64,000 nucleotides of DNA, from contig NC_090364.1 of assembly GCF_035084215.1 (NCBI RefSeq), positions 3,410,001-3,474,000 on the forward strand, read 5' to 3'. Source of the stretch: Heptranchias perlo. Its lineage: Eukaryota. This document shows positions 39,075 to 49,349 of this stretch, in pieces; the stretch's first letter is position 1; every line of letters starts with the position of its first letter. The notes below the pieces were generated by a model. That model ran no database searches and was not told where the DNA came from. It saw only the letters and a program-made list of their open reading frames with translations. A program made the translations under genes and the position numbers.

Positions 39075-39630
39075 ATAGAATTACATAGAATTTACAGCAC
39101 AGAAACAGGCCATTCAGCCCAACTGGTCTATGCTGGTGTTTATGCTCCACCCGAGCCTCCTCCCACCCCTCTTCATCTCACCCTATCAGCATATCCTTCT
39201 ATTCCTTTCCCTCTAATGTACTTATCGAGCTTCCCCTTAAATCCATCTATGCTATTCGCCTCAACTTCTCCTTGTGATAGTGAGTTCCACATTCTCACCG
39301 CTCTCTGGGTAAAGAAGTTTCTCCTGAATTCCCTATTGGATTTATTAGTGACTATCTTATATTTATGGCCCCTAGTTCTGGTCTGCCCCACAAGTGGAAA
39401 CATCTTCTCTAAGTTTACCCTATCGAACCCTTTCATAATCTTAAAGACCTCTATCAGGTCACCCCTCAGTCTTCCCTTTTCTAGAGAAAAGAGCCCCAGC
39501 CTGTTCGGCCATTCCTGACAGTTATAACCTCTCAGTTCATCCTTGTAAATATTTTCTGCACCTTCTCCAGTGCCTCGATACCCTTTTTGTAATATGGAGA
39601 CCACAACTGTGCACAGTAACTCCAAGTGTG
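39075..39630 (-). mobile_element. CR1 3' fragment
   Basis: ORF 39173-39625 RLRGDLIEVFKIM...FFTQRAVRMWNSL. Confidence 0.85.
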
Positions 39631-39969
39631 ATCGACAACAACAACATCATGCAGTGGTATAGCACCTTTAACCTAGGATAACGTTCCATGGCACTTCACA
39701 GCAACATAATCAGACAAAAATTCACACCAGGCTGAAGAGGGAAATATTAGGCAGGGTGCCCGCAAACTTGGTCAGAGGTGGATTTTAAGGAGAGTCTTAA
39801 AGGAGGAGGAGAGAGGTGGGTGACAGCACCTTGAGACAAATTTGCCTTCGCTTTTATTTATCGGAGAATGGTGTATTGTTTGTACCCCATGAATAAACGG
39901 AGAATCAGCTGCTACCTCATTCCTGTCACCAGATAGCAAAAAAAAAAGCCTCCTTAGCCCTGGAAAGAG

Positions 39970-40132
39970 ATTGGCTGCATCCCATCCCACTGCCTCCTAC
40001 ATCTTTCCCAGTCTGCTCCTGGATCTATAAAAGAGTTCACATTGACTTCAGTCAACGCCACAGACGGAAAGTGCAGAGTCCTGGAGCATTGGGAGGAACC
40101 AAAGCTTTTATCCAGCGGAGGTGCACAGAGAG
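39970..40132 (+). promoter_or_regulatory. Promoter and non-coding exon 1 of the CGRP-type gene
   Basis: Inverted CCAAT (39970), TATAAAAG (40026-40033), Inr-like TCAGTC (40048), strong donor GAG|gtaaga after 40132; CALCA also has a non-coding exon 1. Confidence 0.65.
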
Positions 40133-40585
40133 GTAAGATGAGCTGCTCCGTTTCACCTCAACTCATGCTGCTGATTGCCACTTTCTTTCATTTTAAACAG
40201 CGAGAGAGGGAGAGAGAAACTTTTCATTTACACAGTGCTTTCCCATGATCTCTCAGGAATGTCACAAGGTGCTTTGGGCACAATGATTGTATTGTGCCTA
40301 ACAACAGTGGTCCCCCGCTCCACCCCTCCCCCCAGCTTTCCGCTCTCCTCTCCTAAAGGTGCTGACTCCCATTGGGCTACAGATCCATGGATCTCCGCAC
40401 AGTGCCCACTCTTTATGGGAGGATCTACAGAGTGAGTCTCATCCGGTTGTCACAGGACATCCCAGCCGGTCCTTGCTAGACAAGGAGCACTTTCCATCAG
40501 GGTGATCGGTTAGAGATTAGGAGGGGGGTCCCTGACTGATTTCTTTCCCTTCCCCTGGTCCTGGGGTTGTAGAACCGAGAACCTC

Positions 40586-41270
40586 GCTACTGAGTGTGAG
40601 GTGTAACAGAGAGAGTGTTATAACTGAGAGTCTAATACTGAGTGTGGGGTGTAACAGAGAGAGTGTTATAACTGAGAGTCTAATACTGAGTGTGGGGTGT
40701 AACAGAGAGAGTGTTATAACTGAGTCTAATACTGAGTGTGGGGTGTAACAGAGAGAGTGTTATAACTGAGAGTCTAATACTGAGTGTGGGGTGTAACAGA
40801 GAGAGTGTTATAACTGAGTCTAATACTGAGTGTGGGGTGTAACAGAGAGAGTGTTATAACTGAGAGTCTAATACTGAGTGTGGGGTGTAACAGAGAGAGT
40901 GTTATAACTGAGAGTCTAATACTGAGTGTGGGGTGTAACAGAAAGAGTGTTATAACTGAGAGCCTTTTGCTGAGTGTGGGGTGTAACAGAGAGTGTTATA
41001 ACTGAGAGCCTTTTGCCGAGTGTGGGGTGTAACAGAGAGAGTGTTATAACTGAGAGCCTTTTGCCGAGTGTGGGGTGTAACAGAGAGAGTGTTATAACTG
41101 AGAGCCTTTTACTGAGGGTGGGGTGTAACAGAGAGAGTGTTATAACTGAGAGTCTTTTACTGAGGGTGGGTGTAACAGAGAGAGTGTTATAACTGAGAGC
41201 CTTTTGCCGAGTGTGGGGTGTAACAGAGAGAGTGTTATAACTGAGAGCCTTTTACTGAGGGTGGGGTGTA
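40586..41270. repeat. 46-48 bp minisatellite, about 14 copies, intron 1
   Basis: Unit actgagtgtggggtgtaacagagagagtgttataactgagagtctaat. Confidence 0.95.
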
Positions 41271-41348
41271 TCCTGGTTGATACTTTGCCCAGTGAGGGGC
41301 AGGGTAGCGATGCCCTCTCACCCTCTCATGTGTTATTTGCAGGCTGCC

Positions 41349-41431
41349 ATGTTTCTGGCGAGGATCCCCCTATCGATGGTCCTGCTTTGTGCCTTGGCTG
41401 TGGCGACTACTTCAGACCTCTCCTCTCTCAG
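41349..41431 (+). CDS. CGRP-type prohormone, signal-peptide exon (MFLARIPLSMVLLCALAVATTSDLSSLR)
   Basis: Acceptor tgttatttgcag| at 41342, Kozak gccATG, hydrophobic core, phase-2 donor AG|gtgggt splitting an Arg codon as in CALCA exon 2. Confidence 0.82.
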
Positions 41432-42526
41432 GTGGGTGATAATCTCTCTCTGGGCTTTTCCTCTCATTTCTTCCTGTGGAGCAGATCGGGATCAGGATCA
41501 GGATCAGGACTGCTTGTAGATCCGTTGGGACGGGAATGTCAGATGGGAATCTTGTTTATTTCCAGATATCTTCCTTTGCTCTCCTACGGCGCTGACTCTT
41601 TCTGCAGTACTGTTCCATGACACCACCCTCCCTCCTTAGACCTGAGCCTAGGCAGTGAGGCAATTTGACCATGGGGTGCATCACAGCTGAGCCCAATAAT
41701 ATCCTCAACCGACATACTTTCCAGAGATAGTGATGAGGAGCAGGAACACCAGCTGACTTCCTTATCCTCGTTCCCTCACCCGGGGCATTGAGATTCCAAC
41801 CACTGCCCCATCTCACATCCACTAACTCAGCACTGATCAGGAATCAGATTTGGGATCACCCTGGGATTTGTGTAGCTCAATAACACACCAGTTGGAATAT
41901 TCAACCACTGAGGCATCGCGGGAGGGTAAAGGGGGAGATTTCTTTTCTCCCGCTTCTCCGTTGGTTGGAACTGAGAAATCCCTCAGACAGTGCCAAAGGA
42001 AAGACAGAGCAAGGGCCTGCATTTATATAGTGCCTTTCACATCCCAAAGAGCTTCACAGCCAATGAGGTACTTTTGAAGTGTAGTCATTATTGTAATGTA
42101 GGGAACGCGGCAGCCAAATTGAGCACAGCAAGATCCCACAAACAGCAATGAGATAATGACCAGGTCACTGTTTTAGGTGTTGGTTGAGGGATAAATATTG
42201 GCCAGGACTCCGGGGAGAACTCCCCTACTGTTTTGAAATAGTGCCCTGGAATCTTGTATGCCCACCTGAGAGGGCAGACGGGGCCTCGGTTTAACATCTC
42301 ATCCGAAAGACGGCACCTCTGACATTGCAGCACTCCCTCAGTACTGGCACCGGGAGTCTAGATTTTGTGCTCAAGTCTCTGGAGTGGGATTTGAACCCAC
42401 GACTGTCTGACTCGGAGGCGAGAGTGTGGAGTGTGCGCTGAGGTTTATACTCCTGGTGTTCTGACCGAGGGCCTTTATCTTTTGCTCGCGTCAGCAGCTG
42501 ACACCCGGGCTTTTGTTCTGTTTCAG

Positions 42527-42661
42527 ATCTCCAGCGACCCGACACTTAGGAAAGATTCTTATCCGTCGTGTGGATGGACACTATTTAGCAGGATCAACAC
42601 AACAACTCCAGCTGCCCAATCCCGCACTATCGTACGTGCAGGAGCAGGAGAGATCAAAAAG
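42527..42661 (+). CDS. CGRP-type prohormone, pro-region exon (SPATRHLGK...SYVQEQERSKR)
   Basis: Acceptor ttttgttctgtttcag|, phase 2-2, 135 nt; YVQ..EQER resembles CALCA exon 3 DYVQ...EQEQER. Confidence 0.78.
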
Positions 42662-42814
42662 GTGTTTCCCGTCTGTCAGTCAGTGTCTCCATCATCCCGC
42701 CTGTCGGTCAGTCTGTCTGTCTCTCTGTCTTCCTGCCTCTCTGTCTGTCTGTCTTTCTGTCTATCTGCCTCTCTGCTGTCTGTCTGTGTGCCTGCCTCTC
42801 TTTTCTCTGTCTGC

Positions 42815-43000
42815 CTCTCTGTGTGTCTGCCCCTCTGTCTCTCTGTGTGTCTGCCCCTCTGTCTCTCTGTGTGTCTGCCCCTCTGTCTCTCTGTGTGTCT
42901 GCCCCTCTGTCTCTCTGTGTGTCTGCCCCTCTGTCTCTCTGTGTGTCTGCCCCTCTGTCTCTCTGTGTGTCTGCCCCTCTGTCTCTCTGTCTGTCTGCCT
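42815..43000. repeat. 24-bp minisatellite upstream of the CGRP exon
   Basis: (ctgcccctctgtctctctgtgtgt)n, about 7 copies. Confidence 0.95.
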
Positions 43001-43085
43001 CCTTTCCTCCCTCGCTGTCAGTCTAACTCTGCCCTGACTGCCATGTCAGCATTTTGACCCTTTATTTCCCGATCTTTTCTCGCAG

Positions 43086-43254
43086 GCTCTTCCCTCTCCG
43101 TGTGCAGAAACGATCCTGTAACACTGCCACGTGTGTCACGCATCGCCTGGCCAACTTCCTGAGCCGCTCTGGGGCAGTGGGCAGCAGCCGTTTCATCCCC
43201 ACCGACGTCGGGGCAAGAGCGTTTGGGAGAAGGCGCCGAGAGGCTCAGATGTAG
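43086..43254 (+). CDS. CGRP-type prohormone, mature-peptide exon (37-aa CGRP-like peptide at 43114-43224)
   Basis: KR|[37 protein letters not shown]|G-RRRR-EAQM*: Cys2-Cys7 ring, C-terminal Phe, Gly amide donor, polybasic site; acceptor ttttctcgcag|. Confidence 0.95.
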
Positions 43255-43448
43255 CAAATCCATTGACTCACACAGGTAGAACCTTCCGGTAATTATACAA
43301 TACTGCTGACAAGGTGGGGGTGGGACACCAGCCACTGGGACCTCACTCAAGCCGCCATTCTTTATGTGTGAGCCTAGACAGCGAGCCTCATCCGGCAATT
43401 CGACCATGGGGTGAAGTAAATGAATGTCTATAAATGTTCATGCTATAG

Positions 43449-43830
43449 TCAGAGGGGCAGACAGACAGAGAGACAGAGGGGCAGACACACAGAGAGACAG
43501 AGGGGCAGACACACAGAGAGACAGAGGGGCAGACAGACAGAGAGACAGAGGGGCAGACACTCAGAGAGACAGAGGGGCAGACAGACAGAGAGACAGAGGG
43601 GCAGACACACAGAGAGACAGAGGGGCAGACAGACAGAGAGACAGAGGGGCAGACACTCAGAGAGACGGAGGGGCAGACACACAGAGAGACAGAGGGGCAG
43701 ACACACAGAGAGACAGAGGGGCAGACACACAGAGAGACAGAGGGGCAGACACACAGAGAGACAGAGGGGCAGACACACAGAGAGACAGAGGGGCAGACAC
43801 TGAGGCAGGCAGACAGAGACACAGACAGAG
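43449..43830. repeat. 24-bp minisatellite downstream of the CGRP exon, inverted relative to 42815
   Basis: (acacacagagagacagaggggcag)n, about 15 copies. Confidence 0.95.
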
Positions 43831-43842
43831 AGGCATGTAAAA

Positions 43843-44085
43843 TCTGGATTATAACATCTGGATTGTAATGCCTGGATTATAACACCGGGACTGTGACATC
43901 TGGATTGTAACATTTGGATTATGAGAGCTCGGTTATAACATCTGCCTTGTAATGCCTGGATTGTAACACCGGGACTGTGACATCTGGATTGCAACAACTG
44001 GATTATGATAGTGAAATTGTAATATCTGGATTGTCTAACCTGGATTGTAACACCTGGATTGATACACCTGGATTCATACATCTGG
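43843..44085. repeat. Degenerate ~13-bp tandem repeat
   Basis: ctggattgtaaca/ctggattataaca variants. Confidence 0.7.
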
Positions 44086-44408
44086 TCTGACACTCTATAA
44101 TACATTAAAAGTCTTGCACATAGAGTGCACTTCCTGTAACATCACACATCCTTCCTGTCACACTTCCTCTGTCACACCACTCTTGTTATAAAATAGCGAA
44201 TCCTTCGACTCATGACGAGCAACTCCAGGGGAGATCTGCCAGCCCATAATAATCACTAAAAGTGATTTTTTTTTTTCTAGACAGTAGCAAGTAGGTCTCG
44301 GTTAATCTGAATAAGAAGCTTTTTGATACATTAGAGATATAAATACATGCCATCTTTCTGATATCTGATCCCCGTTAATCAAACTTTTTTCTCTCCTTTT
44401 CTCTTCAG

Positions 44409-45250
44409 CCTGATTGGGACGCCCTGTTCAAACTGTCCAGCCGTATGATGTCTGGACTCAGCTCGACTTTGCCGAAATTACAACTCGCCTGATTGTGTTG
44501 CCGTCTCTTTCCCGCAGTTTCTGAATTTCTGTCATGTTACCAGGACGCTGGACCCCAGGGAACATGGGGCACAGGATGGCACCATGCCCACATCTCCTAC
44601 AGTGCATTGTCACCCCGCCATCAGTATCAGGCTCTCAGTTATAACACTCTCTCTCTTACACCCCACGCCCTCGGTATAAGACTCTCAGTTATAACACTCT
44701 CTCTGTTACACCCCACCCTCAGTATCAGGCTCTCAGTTATAACACTCTCTCTGTTACACCCCACCCTCAGTATCAGGCTCTCAGTTATAACACTCTCTCT
44801 GTTACACCCCACCCTCAGTATCAGGCTCTCAGTTATAACACTCTCTCTGTTACACCCGCCCTCAGTATTACACTCTCAGTTATAACACTCTCTCTGTTAC
44901 ACACTCCACCCTCAGTACTCTCATTTTTTAAATATTAATTCTCGTGATGTGGGCGACACTGGCAAGGCCGGCATTTATTGCCCATCCCCTAGTTGTCCTG
45001 AGACGGTGGTGGTGGGCCGTATTCTTGATCCGCTGTAGCAGTTTTATAAACCTGAGTGACTTGCTAGAAAGAAAGATATACTTGAAAACTATTCCAGATG
45101 TCATACTCCTGTGTCAGGCTGCCTGTGGGTTGCCTATGTAGTATCTGAGGTTCTGTATTCTGCTTGAATAACTCATTGACTTGTGTCTCAATTGTATTAA
45201 GGAGTGAAGCATTAAGGATATATTAATAAATATTTTCAACAATTTACAGT
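44409..45250 (+). other. Candidate 3'-UTR terminal exon of the CGRP-type gene
   Basis: Donor CAG|gtagaa at 43275, 21 nt after the stop; strong acceptor ttttttctctccttttctcttcag| at 44408; AATAAA at 45225; mirrors CALCA exons 5-6. Confidence 0.6.
44620..44918. repeat. 48-bp minisatellite, about 6 copies, inverted relative to 40586
   Basis: Unit cagtatcaggctctcagttataacactctctctgttacaccccaccct. Confidence 0.93.
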
Positions 45251-46584
45251 ACCTTCTCTGGTTTTTTTTTAATTAAACCTCTGTCATTTAGCTGGACTGT
45301 GAAAAGAAAGACAGACTTGCATTTATATAGCGCCTTTCATGACCTCAGGACATCCTGAAGGTCTTTACAGCCAATGAGGTACTTTTTAATGTGTAGTCAC
45401 TGTTGTGATGTAGGAAACGCAGCAGCCAATTTGCGCACAGCAAGATCCCACAAACACAATGTGATAAAGACCAGATCATCTGTTCTTTTAGTGATGATGG
45501 TTGAGAGATAAATATTAGCCCAGGACACCGGGGAGAACTCCCCTGCTCTGAGGGGAAAATAAGCATCCCAGAGATCGTCGAAGTCAGCATTGAATCTGTG
45601 GCTTTCCTGTTCTGTGTGACTTCCTGCCACAAGGGAATTTTTTTCTTAAATTTTAATTTTCTTCCCCTATCCCCTTGCTGTTCATCTAAAAGCAGGTTGG
45701 CGACCTGCTCCGAAGGCTTTGTTAAGACCGCTATCACCAGGGGTACGGTGGGGTAGTGGTTATGTTACTGGACCAGTAATCCAGTGAGTGAATATTCAAA
45801 TCCCATCCATGTCAGTTTGAGAATTTGAATTCAGTTTAAAAAAAAATCTGGTACCAGTAAAAGTGACCAGAATTGTTGTTAAAAACCCAACTGGTTCACC
45901 AATGTCCTTTTAGGGAAGGAAACCTGCTTTTCTTACCTGGTCTGGGTCTAAATGTGACTCCAGTCCCACACCAACATGGTTGACTCTAAACCTCCCAGAC
46001 ACTCTGATGTATCAAACCTCTACCCAGTGGTTGAAGAAGAAAGCTCACTGCCACCATCTCAGGGCAAAGAGGGATGGGCAATAAATGCCAGCAATGCCCA
46101 TAATCCCAAGAATGAATGAAAAAAAATTTCCCCCCGGGCAGGAGGTGACAACATGGGTTGAGGTGACTCTGCCCTCCTTTTTAAAAAAAATTAATTTTAA
46201 TCTAAGATCTTACTGACCTTCTGTACTCATTAACTCGAAAGTCAGTCCTATCTGGTAGTTAGTTACAGGACTGCGACAGCAACCTCTGCTCGAGCAGTAC
46301 AAGAGATTCGACAGATTTATTCATGGGCCTTGCTTTCTCTTTCTGGCTGAATGGAAGGTCATGTCTTAATGCTCGCTCCCATTGGAAGACAATGGGGGCT
46401 GTAACCCGATCAATCTGTTGATTTCCTGTACGGTTTATACAGGGAGACTGGGCTGTGCTGTAGAGTACTGGAAGTGATGGGAACATCGAGTCCAGAGGAA
46501 AAGACTATTCACCCCATTGAACCCACTCCATCCAGAGCCCATGTGTGATTGTCCGATCACATCCACACCCCACCACGTTTAATG

Positions 46585-46810
46585 AATTGTAAACAATTTT
46601 ACAACACCAAGTTATAGTCCAGCAATTTTATTTTAAATTCACAAGCTTTCGGAGGCTACCTCCTTCCTCAGGTGAACGATGTGGAAACCTGAGGAAGGAG
46701 GTAGCCTCCGAAAGCTTGTGAATTTAAAATAAAATTGCTGGACTATAACTTGGTGTTGTAAAATTGTTTACAATTGTCAACCCCAGTCCATCACTGGCAT
46801 CGCCACATCA
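46585..46810. mobile_element. Penelope-like inverted pLTR remnant with hammerhead core, copy 2
   Basis: Long inverted repeat with short spacer, CTGAGGA...GAAA core, duplicated cacgtttaatgaa at both flanks. Confidence 0.8.
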
Positions 46811-46985
46811 CGTTTAATGAACACAAAGTTCCTTCTTTGACTCGCCCTTTTCATTAAAAAAAAGTTGAGCAGTGATGTTAATCTCTAACTCTCAATCCTC
46901 ATCTCAACAGATGCTCCTTTTAAAAGGTGCCAATTGACCCTAATCAAATATGATGCCTTAATGTGGCTGTAATATTTAATTTTAT

Positions 46986-47418
46986 GGGTACAGTAGCATA
47001 GTATGTTAGTGGACTAGTAATCCAGAGGCCTGGTCTAATATTCCAGAGTCATGAGTTCAAATCCCACCACAGCAGCTGGGGAATTTAAATTCAATTAATT
47101 AAATAAAAATCTGGAATTAAAAAAACTAGCATCAGTAATGGTGGCCATGAAACTACCAGATTGTCGTAAAAACCCATCTGGTTCACTAATGTCCTTTAGG
47201 GAAGGAAACCTGCCGTCCTTACTCCGGTCTGGCCTACATGTGACTCCAGACCCACAGCAATGTGGTTGATTCTTAATCGCCCTCTGAAATGGCCTGGCAA
47301 ACCACTCAGCTGTTCAAGAAGGCGGCTCACCACCACCTTCTCAAGGGGCAATTAGGGATGGGTAATAAGTGCCGGCCTCGCCAGTGACACCCACATCCCA
47401 TGAACAAATCTAAAAAAA
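46986..47418 (+). mobile_element. Bipartite tRNA-headed SINE (5' and 3' ends of the 53851 LINE)
   Basis: First ~325 bp match 53851-54185; last ~100 bp match 57027-57132; related copies at about 45742-46125 (+), 34165-34500 and 57900-58250 (-). Confidence 0.8.
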
Positions 47419-49349
47419 TATTTAAACTCTACATGTTCTCTCTTGGCTTCGAACCCATCTTTTTCTCTCTCTTTCTTCCCTTGTTCCCTCCCTCCCTCCC
47501 TTCCCTCCCTCCTTCCCTCCGCCCTCTTCTTCATTCCTTCCCCCCTTCCCTTCCCCCCCCCCACCCCCCACTTCTTCTGTGAGCAAAGTCTCAATGAGAT
47601 TGGGTGGATCACTCCCTCCTGCTAGCATAATCGTAGTCTGTCATTGCAGGAGAAGGACAGAAAGAATGACCTCGTTGGTAGGGAAGGGGGTGAATGAGAG
47701 AGAGCGATTTCCTATGTGGGGGGAGGTCGGGGGTCGGGGGTCACATGTAACCAAATGGGAATCCTGTTTATAAAGAAGATGTTTGACCTTTTCTATACCA
47801 AACGCACAGGAATTCTCCTCCCTGTGTCTACTGTGGGAATCCAGGGATATGGGGATTGGGCAGCCAAGTCAAAGATCAACCATGGTCTTATTGAATAGTG
47901 CTGCAGGCTCGAGGGGTCGTATGGCCTACTCCTGCTCCTATTCCTTATGTTCTTTTGGTGATGCTGGTTGAGAGATAAATATTGGCCAGGACACCGAGGG
48001 AGAACTCCCCTCTCTTCTTCGAAATAGTGCCATGGGATCTTTTACATCCAACCTAGAGAGCCTTGGTTTAACATCACATCTGAAAGACGGCACCTCTGAC
48101 AGTGCAGCACTCCCTCAGCACTGCACTGGGAGTGTCAGCCTGGATTATGTGCTCAAGTCTCTGGAGTGGGGACTTGAACTCAGAGTCCTTGTGACTCAGA
48201 GGCGAGAGTGTGAGCCACGGCTGATGTTGCTAGCTACCTCTCAATGTGCTTTGTATCAGAATCTCTCTCAAGGCCTGGGGTTAGACGTGTGAGCTAAGAG
48301 GAAAGATTGGAGACAATTTGGTCAGCCATGATGTCATAAGCACGTTCTTTGTGATTCCAATCACAACTCCAAATGAAAGGAAACTGTAACAAATGTATTT
48401 ATATAATAACCAGAGGAAAAGAAAGATATCTAAGAGAGAGAGGTGATCATCTAGCAGTAGATGAGATAGTTAAGGGGTTGGAAATGATAACTACAGAAAA
48501 TTACCTTAAATTAAATGACGAAAGCAGGTCCAGGAGACACAAGTTCAAATTAGTTAAAGGCAAATTTAAGACTGATATCAGGAAGTTCTTCTTCATTGAA
48601 AGAGTGGTCAACACTTCGAATGGACTCCCAGAGAGAGTAGTGGAACTGTAAGAATCAATTGGACACTGCGATGGGGGCTGTGGGATCTTTCTGGATGGTT
48701 GAATTAAGATGGGCCGAATTACCGTGTGATTTTGCGATCACCCGTGCACTATAACCCACTGTCCCCAAGTACGTGTCCCTTAAATCCCTTCACACTCCCC
48801 GCACTCCCAAGAGCAATTGAGAACCATCAGTCCCTCACTACCCTCCCAAACACCGCAGTGAACTCCAAACTGTCTCAGTCACCCATCCCCAATGACCATA
48901 TCGCCTCGAGTACAGAAGGTTAAGGGATGATTTAATTGAAGTGTTTAAGATGATTAAAATATTTGATAGGGTAGATACGGAGAAGCTACTTCCCCTGGTT
49001 GGGGGAGTCCAGAACAAGGGGGCATAACCTTAAAATTCGAGCTAGGCCGTTCAGGGATGATGTCAGGAAGCATTTCTTCACACAAAGGGGAGTGGGAATC
49101 TGGAACCCTCTCCCCCAGAAAGGTTGTGCATGCTGGGGGACAGTTGGAGCTTTCAAGACTGAGATTGATAGAATTTTGTTGGATAAGGGTACAAGGTAAA
49201 TGGAGTTGAGGTGCATGACAGCCGTGATCTAATTGAATGGCGGAACAGGCTCAAGGGGCTGAATGGCCTCCTCCTGATCCTATGGTCCTGACCTCCTCCT
49301 CCAAGCAGCCTCCAGGGATCAGCCTTGTGGGTCTTCACTGCGCTGGAAT

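Noticed and set aside
43114-43224. Calling the peptide amylin (IAPP) or calcitonin
   Set aside because: Ends in AF-G-RRRR (CGRP type) rather than TY-G-KR or P-G-KKR; has VTHRLA and a separate pro-region exon that IAPP lacks
42431-44105. Long CLPLCLSV / RGRHTERQ ORFs on both strands
   Set aside because: 24-bp minisatellite translations; only the embedded exons 42527-42661 and 43086-43254 are supported
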